Made by a program: the position numbers and the translations under genes. 64,000 bases of DNA, from contig JAXMNT010000014.1 of NCBI GenBank assembly GCA_034670305.1, positions 87,440 through 151,439 on the forward strand, in the 5' to 3' direction. The notes beneath the pieces are model-generated. The model did not search any database. It was not told the origin of the DNA and saw nothing but the letters and a program-made list of their open reading frames with translations. This DNA comes from Deltaproteobacteria bacterium. GTDB taxonomy: Bacteria; Myxococcota_A; Polyangia; Polyangiales; Houyiibacteriaceae. Below are positions 56,028 to 64,000 of the stretch, piece after piece (the stretch's first letter is position 1; every line of letters starts with the position of its first letter).

Positions 56028-56498
56028 CTAGGCGACCATCGTCTTGCTCGTCGTGCGGCTGAGTCGAATCGGCACCCTCCACAGACCGAGGGTCGGGTCC
56101 TGATCGACCCGTTCCGGTTCGCCGTCGAACAGCGCGCCGAACGTTCCGAAATGTTTGCGGCCGCGCCATTCGACGATCGCCGGGAACACGTAGGTCCGGT
56201 CCGCGCTCGTGCTGTCGAGCCGGATCAAGATGCGCGCGCCCACTTCGGGTGGCTTGCGGGTCGAGACCACCACGCCCGCGCCGGTGAGGGTGCGGATCTC
56301 ACCCTGGCCAAAACCACCGGGGACCGTGAATCGAATGCCGTGCGCGTCCGCTTTTCGAGTGGCGGCACACGGCTCCCAAGGCGTCTCACTGCCCAGCAAA
56401 CTTCCGAGTCCCATCAGCCGCGCGCGGGACGCGCGGGTGGGATCGACGTTCGCCTGCAATGAGCGGTACTCGTGAATGAGTTCGAGCAGGGTGTCCAT
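56028..56498 (-). CDS. PilZ-like domain protein
   Basis: GGAGG SD; GEIRTLTGAGVVV..PEVGARILIRL..FPAIVEW..FGALF. Confidence 0.65.
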   Translation of the reverse strand: MDTLLELIHEYRSLQANVDPTRASRARLMGLGSLLGSETPWEPCAATRKADAHGIRFTVPGGFGQGEIRTLTGAGVVVSTRKPPEVGARILIRLDSTSADRTYVFPAIVEWRGRKHFGTFGALFDGEPERVDQDPTLGLWRVPIRLSRTTSKTMVA

Positions 56499-56697
56499 GA
56501 GAGAGCCTCCGGGAGCGGTAAAGAGCAACCACCGTGCCGACCGAAAAGGAGAACGATCCCGCCCGTGCCAACACAGCAGTGGGACATCGATGTCGCGATC
56601 TTCGTTGGGTCGTGAATCACGGTACGCACCCACATAGACGCACCAGAGGCCCCAAAACTTTCATGCCATCGCGTCTGCGGGTGCGCTCCACCCCGTC

Positions 56698-56935
56698 GGG
56701 TTCGGCTTCGGCTTCGGCTTCGGCGTCGGCGTCGGCGTCGGCTTCGGCTTCGGCGTCGGCTTCGGCTTCGGCTTCGGCGTCGGCTTCGGCGTCGGCGTCG
56801 GCTTCGGCGTCGGCGTCGGCGTCGGATTCGGCTTCGGCGTCGGCTTCGGCGTCGGCGTCGGCTTCGGCGTCGGCTTCGGCGTCGGCTTCGGCTTCGGCGT
56901 CGGCTTCGGCGTCGGCTTCGGCTTCGGCGTCGGCG
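56698..56935. repeat. Long hexamer microsatellite (GGCTTC/GGCGTC)n, about 39 units
   Basis: Directly visible. Confidence 0.95.
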
Positions 56936-56951
56936 CCCGCCGCGGAAGCCT

Positions 56952-57518
56952 TCAGGGGGCCGTTGCCAGGAAGGTCTCTAGGTTTGAGCGGACGAGCGTT
57001 CCGGAAAAGGTCTCGTCGCCATCGACCACGCCGAGCTGGTCTTCTTGCACGGTGAGGTACCAGCACATCTTGCGGGCCAATCGGCCCGCGAGCTGGCCCA
57101 CGAGCTCGGCCGGCAACTGGACCACCTGCACGTGTTCGGCGCCATGAATGGTCCGGCTCGACCACTCTTTGATCAGCACCACCGGCTGCTTCTCCGTGAA
57201 CACCAGCACCCGGTCCGCCTTCTTGCTGGCGCGGTGGAGACGGTCGGCGGTGGGTGCGCCGACATCGATCCATGTCGCGATGTCGCCGCCGCCGCGCGGT
57301 GATGGCGTGAAGAGCGCCGGGTCGTCGGAGTGCGAGAGCCCGCGACCAAAGTCCAACCCGTCTTCGTGGGCCAGCGCGCGGGCCAGCACCCGCACCACGA
57401 GTCGCTCGTGCGATTCGCTCGGGTGACAGGCGACGCGCAGCTCGAGGCTCTCGTAGACGGAACGATCGATGTCCGCGAGCTCGAGCTGAATCCGGAACAG
57501 TGTGGACGTCAGCGCCAA
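56952..57518 (-). CDS. yaeQ: YaeQ family protein
   Basis: MALTST...LADIDR..Y..L..ACHPSES.ER, FGRGLS..DDPAL, WIDVGAP..DRLHRA. Confidence 0.92.
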   Translation of the reverse strand: MALTSTLFRIQLELADIDRSVYESLELRVACHPSESHERLVVRVLARALAHEDGLDFGRGLSHSDDPALFTPSPRGGGDIATWIDVGAPTADRLHRASKKADRVLVFTEKQPVVLIKEWSSRTIHGAEHVQVVQLPAELVGQLAGRLARKMCWYLTVQEDQLGVVDGDETFSGTLVRSNLETFLATAP

Positions 57519-57605
57519 CGTGCGGGTTCCCTGAAGGGCATGCGGGTGTCTACCACCCCTGCGGGTCGAGCGGGCGGCCAGTCGCGGCCCGTACGGGTTC
57601 GCTCC

Positions 57606-57962
57606 CTACTCGGGCGGGCGGATGTCTTTCAAGACATCGGCGGCCTTCGAGGGATCCGCGAGTCCGGCGAACGTCTTGTCGTAGTGACGGCGCAGCCCGA
57701 GATTCACCGCCACCGAGTACCCGACGAACGCGACCACCGAGACCGCGACGAAGAGGCCGAGGACCACCGCGCCGATCAACGCCCACGTCGGGCCCTCCAT
57801 CGCCAGCGGGATGAGCAACATCAGACCGATGAGTCCGCCCGTCATCGACAGGCCGAAGCCCACCATCGACGCGATCAGTCCCCTGCGCAGTTTCGCGAGC
57901 TTCGGGTCGGACGCGAACGCGGGATCTTGGAGGCTGAAGCCGTTTGACGAATCGTTGTCCAT
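57606..57962 (-). CDS. Small two-TM hypothetical protein
   Basis: Two hydrophobic segments; ATG 5 nt after the kinase stop. Confidence 0.7.
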   Translation of the reverse strand: MDNDSSNGFSLQDPAFASDPKLAKLRRGLIASMVGFGLSMTGGLIGLMLLIPLAMEGPTWALIGAVVLGLFVAVSVVAFVGYSVAVNLGLRRHYDKTFAGLADPSKAADVLKDIRPPE

Positions 57963-57967
57963 GCGCG

Positions 57968-59392
57968 CTACATCCCTTCCAACACTTCCCGCCACGCGTT
58001 CAGTGCCACGTCGTCGTACAGCCACACCTGCACGTGGTTCAACCCCGCGCTGCCGATGAACGAGAAGGTTCGGATGGTCTCGAGCATCAACTTCGCGCCG
58101 AGCGCGTGCGGCACTTCCCCGATGCCGGTGCCGAGCGCAGGAAACGCGATGGACTTGGCGCCGCGGCGGCGCGCGCCGAGGAGCGACCGGATGACCGCGC
58201 GCTGAATGCAGATCGCGCCGTCGATCGCCGCGACCGCGTGGGCGACGTGTTTCGCCTTCAGCTTGCCCGCGGAAGACCACACCACCTCACCCATTGCGCA
58301 CGGTGCGAGCGCGATGACCTCGGACTCGATCTCCACCCCGCCGTGCCTCAGAAGCGACGCGGCGACGCCGAGGTCCATCGTCAACTGGGGGTTGGCGGCG
58401 TTGACCAGGACATCGGCCTCGGCGGTGGCGAGATCCCCGACGTGCAACGAGATGTGGATGCCGCCGACCTCGGCCTCGCCACTCTTGGTGTGGTGGGTGA
58501 AGGTCGGCAGCGGCTCTTCGATCTTGCTCAGCGTGCGCACCAGCTCGGTCGCATGCGCTGGCCGCTTCGACGGATCCTTTTGCAGCAGGCCCGCCATCGC
58601 ACTGAAGAGAAACGCGCGGGTGGGATCGGACTGCGGCAAGGTGACGTAGGGCTGCGTCGTGTGCGCGTAGAAGAGCGCGGTCGCGGTGTCGCCGCGAAAG
58701 GGCGCGGTGCCGGTCGCGAGCAGATGGGCGGTCGCGCCGAGTGCATAGAGGTCGCACTTCGCGGTCGGCTGGTCACCGGCCCAGATCTCGGGCGCGAGGA
58801 AGAGGGGCGTGCCGGCGATCGGTTCGTTCGAGCCGTCGATGCGGTTGCTGTCTCGGGCGATGCCGAAGTCTCCGAGCAACGCTTGGCCATCTCCGCACAG
58901 AAAGAGGTTCGCGGGTTTGATGTCGCGGTGGACGACGCCGGCGCGGTGGATCGCGGTCAACCCGCGCGCGACGTCGGATACGATCCGGGTGACCGCCGCG
59001 GTCGAGAGCAGTTCGGGTGAACGATCGACCAGCTCCTGCAGATCGACTCCGTCCACGTAGCGCTGCACCAGAAAGGGCACCCCGTTCTCGATGCCCGCGT
59101 CCACCACCCCGACCACATACGGAGAGTTGACCCGCGCCGCGAGCTCGGCTTCGCTGAAGATGGCTTCGGGCGAGGGCGCTTCGGCCAACTCCGTGGGGTC
59201 CATCACCTGCGCGGGAGTCGCGTCGGCGCCGAGTTTCGGTTCGGGCGGGCGTGGTCGGAAGAGCTTGAGGATGAGCGGCCGCCGAAGCACCGCGTGGCTC
59301 ACGAGATAGGCGACCCCCATGGCGCCGTGGGCCAGGATGCCGTGGACACGCAGTCCGTGAAACTCGGTCCCGCGGCGGAGTTCAAAACTCAT
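57968..59392 (-). CDS. Ser/Thr kinase fused to macro domain
   Basis: HRDIKPAN, GDFG, GTPLFLAPE; VGDL...DVLVNAAN, HVAHAV, FPALGTGIG. Confidence 0.92.
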   Translation of the reverse strand: MSFELRRGTEFHGLRVHGILAHGAMGVAYLVSHAVLRRPLILKLFRPRPPEPKLGADATPAQVMDPTELAEAPSPEAIFSEAELAARVNSPYVVGVVDAGIENGVPFLVQRYVDGVDLQELVDRSPELLSTAAVTRIVSDVARGLTAIHRAGVVHRDIKPANLFLCGDGQALLGDFGIARDSNRIDGSNEPIAGTPLFLAPEIWAGDQPTAKCDLYALGATAHLLATGTAPFRGDTATALFYAHTTQPYVTLPQSDPTRAFLFSAMAGLLQKDPSKRPAHATELVRTLSKIEEPLPTFTHHTKSGEAEVGGIHISLHVGDLATAEADVLVNAANPQLTMDLGVAASLLRHGGVEIESEVIALAPCAMGEVVWSSAGKLKAKHVAHAVAAIDGAICIQRAVIRSLLGARRRGAKSIAFPALGTGIGEVPHALGAKLMLETIRTFSFIGSAGLNHVQVWLYDDVALNAWREVLEGM

Positions 59393-59446
59393 GGCGAGAC
59401 CGTGGCCGTGCGCGCGGTGCACTTCAAGCGAGCATTCATGCGCTGG

Positions 59447-60010
59447 CTAAGGTGGACAGACGCCGTGCGTCGGGTGACCGATGTTCATGCACGGAAAACA
59501 GTCCGGGGGATCGAGCTGACAGATGTTGGCGCACCGGCCGTCGAAGCAGACGAAGAGGATGTCGCACTGGTCGCTCGAGGTGCAGCTCGCGCCGAGGTTG
59601 CCGCACGGCTCGCAGGTCTCGCACCGACCCTCGGACGCGGAATAGAAGCGGCAGACCTCCAGCGACGCGCAGTCGCCGCGGCCACCCGGGCGATCGCAGG
59701 GGGTGCCGCTCGGGTCGGCGGGCGACACGCGCGGATCGAGCGCGCCCCCGTCTGGAGATCCCGCGTCGCGCGGCCCCGCGTCCACGCCCGGCGCGTCGAC
59801 ACCTGGCGCATCTCGCCCCGGCGCGTCGACACCCGGCGCGTCCACACCCGGCGCGTCCACACCCGGCGCGTCCCGGCCCGGTGCGTCGGCTCGGGCGGCA
59901 TCGACCGGGCCTCCATCCGGGCGTGCCCCGTCGCTCCCGGTTCGGCGCCTGTCGTTCGAACAACCCGCCACCACCGCCAGTGCGAGCAGGCTCGGTAGGA
60001 TCCTTTTCAC
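59447..60010 (-). CDS. Cys-rich lipoprotein with DAPG(V/R) linker
   Basis: VAGC lipobox; 15-bp repeats 59780-59885; Cys-rich C-terminus. Confidence 0.8.
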   Translation of the reverse strand: MKRILPSLLALAVVAGCSNDRRRTGSDGARPDGGPVDAARADAPGRDAPGVDAPGVDAPGVDAPGRDAPGVDAPGVDAGPRDAGSPDGGALDPRVSPADPSGTPCDRPGGRGDCASLEVCRFYSASEGRCETCEPCGNLGASCTSSDQCDILFVCFDGRCANICQLDPPDCFPCMNIGHPTHGVCPP

Positions 60011-60079
60011 GGGCCCCATCTTCGCACAAAACGTCGTGACCGCGTGGCGAACCGGCCCATTGCGCGCCATCCTCCGCGC

Positions 60080-61486
60080 ATGAAACGCCTCTCGTTGCTG
60101 TGCCTCCTCCTTTCGATGACGTCCTGGTCCTGTGGCGACGATGGCCCGGGCGGTTCCGCGGACCATCCGAACGTGGGCTGCGACGACGTCGAGGCCGCCA
60201 ACTGCACCCTGATCGCCAGTGGTGACTCGGCCGGCCTCATCGACGCGGTGAACCTGCTGACCGACGACACCGCGATCATTCTCGGCACGGGCACGTACAC
60301 GTTCGACAACCAGGTCACGATTCGGAACGCGGACGACGTCACCCTGATCGGTCAGGGCATGGGCACCACCACGCTCGACTTCGGTGCGGTGACCACCCAG
60401 GTCAACGGGGTCGACGCGGTCGGCGACCGGTTCCACATCGAGGGGCTGACCATTCTCGACGCACGCAAAGACGCGCTCCGGGTGGAAGACAGCGACGTCG
60501 TCACGATTCGCGCGGTGGAGACGACCTGGTCCGGCGGTGCGCTCTCGACCAACGGCGCCTACGGCATCTACCCGGTCAAGTGCAGCAACGTGCTGCTCGA
60601 AGACTCGGTCGCCTCGTTCGCGAGCGACGCGGGCATCTACGTCGGTCAGTCGGAGAACGTGATCGTCCGCAACAACACCGCGCACGACAACGTCGCCGGC
60701 ATCGAGATCGAGAACACCCAGTTCGCCGACGTGTACGGCAACACCGCCGAGAACAACACCGGCGGCCTCGTGGTGTTCGACCTCCCCGGCAACCCGATCG
60801 TCGGCCGCGACGTGTGGATCCACGACAACGTCGTGCGCACCAACAACCACGCGAACTTCGCCCCGGGCGGCACGGTCGCGCAGATCCCGCCGGGCACCGG
60901 GACCTTCGCGATGGCGTCGCGCCGCGTCGTGCTCGAGGACAACACCTACGACGGCAACGCGACGGTGGACATTGCGATCGTCAGCGGACTCGTGATCGCT
61001 GGCAACCCGGCCGACTGGGCGCAACCGGCGTCGAGTCTGGTGGGGCAGTGGGACGATCTGGCGCTCGTGCAAATGGAAGACCAAGTGTTCAACTTCCGCA
61101 GCGAGAACATCGTGGTCCGCAACAACACCCACACCGGCGGCGGCACCAACGCCAACCTCGGCGAGTTCGAGCCCGAGTTCGGCGCACTCTTCCTCACCGT
61201 CTACGGCAGCGAGACGGTCGACAACGTGGTCTACGATGCGATCGGCGAGTCCATGTTCAGCGCCGACGACCCGTCGATGAACAGCAACGACAACCGCATC
61301 TGCATGGGCGGCTCGTCGGCGACCTTCGCGAGCCTGGACCTCGAGCACCTGGAGCCGCGGGTCTCCATGCTGGAGCTCGGGCTGATCGACGCGCTCTACC
61401 GGCCGGACGCACCCTACGCCCCGTTCGACTGCGACGCGCTCGAAGGCGGCGCGCTCGTGGCCGTCACGCTGCCGCAGCTTCCATGA
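60080..61486 (+). CDS. Parallel beta-helix lipoprotein (TIGR03805-like)
   Basis: NGAYGIYPV, ASDAGIYVGQS, NVAGIEIENT, NNTGGLVVFDLP. Confidence 0.88.
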   Translation: MKRLSLLCLLLSMTSWSCGDDGPGGSADHPNVGCDDVEAANCTLIASGDSAGLIDAVNLLTDDTAIILGTGTYTFDNQVTIRNADDVTLIGQGMGTTTLDFGAVTTQVNGVDAVGDRFHIEGLTILDARKDALRVEDSDVVTIRAVETTWSGGALSTNGAYGIYPVKCSNVLLEDSVASFASDAGIYVGQSENVIVRNNTAHDNVAGIEIENTQFADVYGNTAENNTGGLVVFDLPGNPIVGRDVWIHDNVVRTNNHANFAPGGTVAQIPPGTGTFAMASRRVVLEDNTYDGNATVDIAIVSGLVIAGNPADWAQPASSLVGQWDDLALVQMEDQVFNFRSENIVVRNNTHTGGGTNANLGEFEPEFGALFLTVYGSETVDNVVYDAIGESMFSADDPSMNSNDNRICMGGSSATFASLDLEHLEPRVSMLELGLIDALYRPDAPYAPFDCDALEGGALVAVTLPQLP

Positions 61487-61620
61487 ACCCCGTCTTTCGC
61501 GAGGGAGGCTCCGGGCCCGGGCAGGAGCGAAGCGACGAGCAGGTCCAGAACCGTTTTCAAGGGTTCGGAAAGCCGAAGGCGTCCGGGCCCGCAGAAACCC
61601 CGCGAGAGACCAGCAAGAAC

Positions 61621-62718
61621 GTGCGCGCGGTCGTCTTGTGCCTGCTTGGAGCCCTCGTGGCTTCGTGTGGCGACGACGGGCTCGGCCCGGTGTCGGTGAA
61701 CCTCGACGGTCCGCCGCCCGCCCAGCTGAGCGCGACGAACTTGCTCGTCTGGGACGGCACGGCCTTCACCTACAACGACCGCGTCGTGCCCTACGATCTG
61801 AACACGGAGTTGTTCAGCGACTTCGCGCTCAAAGACCGGGCCGTGTACGTGCCGGACGGGTCGAGCGCGACGTATGCAGACAATGGTGTGTTCGACTTTC
61901 CGGTCGGCACCGTGCTCGTGAAGACGTTCTCGTTTCCAGCCGACTTCCGCGCCCCGACCGAGAACATCACCCTGGTCGAGACCCGGCTCTTGATCCGCAC
62001 GGCCGGTGGCTGGCAAGCGTGGCCGTACATCTGGAACGAAGCCCAGACCGACGCGACCCTCTCACCTTCCGGTGAGGTGCGGACGGTGACCTTCCTGGAC
62101 GCCGAGGGCGCGACGCAGACGTCCAACTACCTGATCCCGCAGCGCAACCAGTGTCAGTCGTGCCACGAGCTCAAGGACGAGGCGGACGACACGTTCATCA
62201 CGCCGATCGGCCCGTCCGCGCGCAACCTGCACCGGTCGCTGGACGGCGTGAACCAACTCACCGCGTGGACCGATGCGGGCATCCTCACCGGGCTGCCGGC
62301 AGTGGACTCCATCGAGGCCGCGACCGACTTCCGGCCGATCGCACAGGACGGGATCGCCGGGCTCGACGCGGCGCAGATCGAAGCCGCGGCCCGCGACTAC
62401 CTGGACGTCAACTGCGCGCATTGCCACAACCCCCGCGGCGTCCAGGGCATCACGAGCCAGCTCTTCCTGAACCACTCGAACGACGACGAGTTCAGCCTCG
62501 GCGTCTGCAAGCGGCCCGGCAGCGCGGGCGCGGGCACGGGCGGGTTCGACCACGACATCGTGCCGGGCAACCCCGACGAATCGATCTTGATCTTCCGGGT
62601 CGAGACCACGGAAGTCGGCGCGATGATGCCGCTCCTCGGCCGCTCCCTCGCCCACGATCGCGCGGTCGAACTCCTCCGCGCCTGGGTCGGCAACATGACC
62701 CCCCTCGTCTGCGACTGA
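61621..62718 (+). CDS. SO2930-like diheme c-type cytochrome lipoprotein (TIGR03806-like)
   Basis: PYDLNTELFSDFA.K.R, FPVGTVLVKTF, CQSCH and CAHCH; VASC lipobox; alternative ATG at 61483. Confidence 0.88.
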   Translation: MRAVVLCLLGALVASCGDDGLGPVSVNLDGPPPAQLSATNLLVWDGTAFTYNDRVVPYDLNTELFSDFALKDRAVYVPDGSSATYADNGVFDFPVGTVLVKTFSFPADFRAPTENITLVETRLLIRTAGGWQAWPYIWNEAQTDATLSPSGEVRTVTFLDAEGATQTSNYLIPQRNQCQSCHELKDEADDTFITPIGPSARNLHRSLDGVNQLTAWTDAGILTGLPAVDSIEAATDFRPIAQDGIAGLDAAQIEAAARDYLDVNCAHCHNPRGVQGITSQLFLNHSNDDEFSLGVCKRPGSAGAGTGGFDHDIVPGNPDESILIFRVETTEVGAMMPLLGRSLAHDRAVELLRAWVGNMTPLVCD

Positions 62719-63063
62719 GGCCCGGCGCGAAGCGAGCCAGGCCCTTGATGAGATCGCCACTCGTGCACCTGCGCCGACGGCCGAGCAACTGGTGCACGCC
62801 AGTCTCGCGAAGCGAGCCAGGCCCGCAATGACAAGAAAGAGACCGCCACTCGTGCACCTGCGCAGGCCGAAGGCCGAGCAACTGGTGCACTCCGCAATCG
62901 AGCGCCGAGAGCGCCTTGAGGAGCGCCTGGACGCGCGCAGCCGCTCAAGCGTTCCAAGAGCTCATTCAATGCTTCAAGCGAATGGGGCGGCGAGCACGTG
63001 CAGGTGCGACGGGCGCGTGCATAGGGCCGCCAGTCTCGCGAAGCGAGCCAGGCCCGTAGTGGC
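62718..63063. repeat. Composite REP-like element
   Basis: Two GTGCACCTGCGC...GGCCGAGCAACTGGTGCAC modules plus a block matching 40277-40412. Confidence 0.85.
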
Positions 63064-63069
63064 CGTACG

Positions 63070-63657
63070 TCAGGCTGCGGCGCGGATGTCGATCGTGATG
63101 GCGATCGTGTTGCTGACCTTCTCTTGCACGAGCCGGTTGATGGTGACGTTGTAGTCGCTCAACTGGATCGAGAAGGTGGCGCGGCCGCGGATGCCGCCGC
63201 TTCCGTCCCAGCGGGCGCGGACGCGCGCGCGCACGTTCTTCGTCTGGCCGTGAAGGGTGAACCGACCGATGAGCGTGAACTGGGCCTCCTGGTTGGCGGT
63301 GAGAGCCGTCGCGCCTTCGACGCCCGTGATCTCGAACGTCGCGTTCGGGTGGGCGGCCGCGTCCAGCCAGTCGCTGCCGCGAAGGTGTTCGTCCCGCAGG
63401 TCGATGCCGGTGCGGATCGATGCGATGGGCACCGTCAGCGTGCCGCGGGTGGCGGCGAGGTTCGATGGGTTGAGGGAGATGCTTCCGGTGAGGGAGTTGC
63501 TGACGCCGTTGATGGTCTCGAGCGACGCGACCGAACGGAAGGTGGCGCGGCCCCGGCTGACGCCGAAGTCGCGGGCCTGGGCCTCGGCCAGACTCGTGCC
63601 TCCGAGGGCGAGTAGCCCAAAAGCCAGAACGAAGGTGAGTCGGGAAATCTGCTTCAT
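63070..63657 (-). CDS. YceI-family lipid/polyisoprenoid-binding protein
   Basis: Signal peptide; SIRTGIDLRDEHLRGSDWLDA..HPNATF, TLHGQTK. Confidence 0.92.
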   Translation of the reverse strand: MKQISRLTFVLAFGLLALGGTSLAEAQARDFGVSRGRATFRSVASLETINGVSNSLTGSISLNPSNLAATRGTLTVPIASIRTGIDLRDEHLRGSDWLDAAAHPNATFEITGVEGATALTANQEAQFTLIGRFTLHGQTKNVRARVRARWDGSGGIRGRATFSIQLSDYNVTINRLVQEKVSNTIAITIDIRAAA

Positions 63658-64000
63658 GTCGCCTCTGCGTCAGGTCGGCACGACGCCGACGGTGGGATCA
63701 TCGATGGGAGGGCCGCATTGCAGCCGATGCGGGTGGGCCAGGTCAACCGTGTTGGTCTCGCCGACGTCGGTGGGACGAGGTTGCAGCAGCGGTATTCACC
63801 AACCCGGGCACCCAAGAGAGTACGAGACAGCAGGACTTTCGTTACCAAGCACCCGGTTGTGCCATCGCACGACCTGCTAGCAGGTTGCTGAAGAACGCCC
63901 GCAGGGCGTTCTCGCAGCCTGCCCCTTGCCCCTGCCCTTGCCTTTGCCCTTGCCCGCGGATCAGCGGTCAGATCGCTTGATCAGCGCGACGAGCATCGCG

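Noticed and set aside
56534-57273. Poly-SA / poly-AE/AD ORFs (also 20485..20817 and 51684..52349)
   Set aside because: Translations of hexamer microsatellites with no SD or domain support
63961-64000. 3' end of a minus-strand CDS at the window edge
   Set aside because: Only ~40 nt visible; two frames end in TGA, so it cannot be resolved
1-64000. tRNA/rRNA genes, prophage, transposases
   Set aside because: None recognised by eye; tRNAscan-SE/Infernal would be needed to exclude small RNAs

Overview
High-GC chromosomal window. Gene content (MYXO-CTERM-type tail, Cys-rich lipoproteins, eukaryote-like Ser/Thr kinases, TIGR04551-like barrel) suggests a myxobacterium. About 50 CDS are supported; no rRNA, tRNA, CRISPR array or transposase was seen. 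Family assignments are from motif recognition by eye, with no database search. Main points: (1) a short RF1-derived, GGQ-containing release-factor paralogue is split exactly at the prfB-type +1 slippery site CTT-TGA-C, directly downstream of an RRM gene that appears to start at ATT; (2) a polyhydroxyalkanoate (PHA) locus (phaC, PhaE-like, phaR, phasin-like, SDR) is interwoven with an outer-membrane barrel, two paralogous lipoproteins, two hydrolases, an acyl-CoA ligase and a Na+/solute symporter, linked by repeated TGYTGCRRYGCACAA PhaR-type boxes; (3) two tandem Pro/Glu-rich lipoproteins with recurring Asn motifs sit next to a ferritin-like diiron enzyme; (4) intergenic DNA is built from modular REP-like palindromes and hexamer microsatellites.
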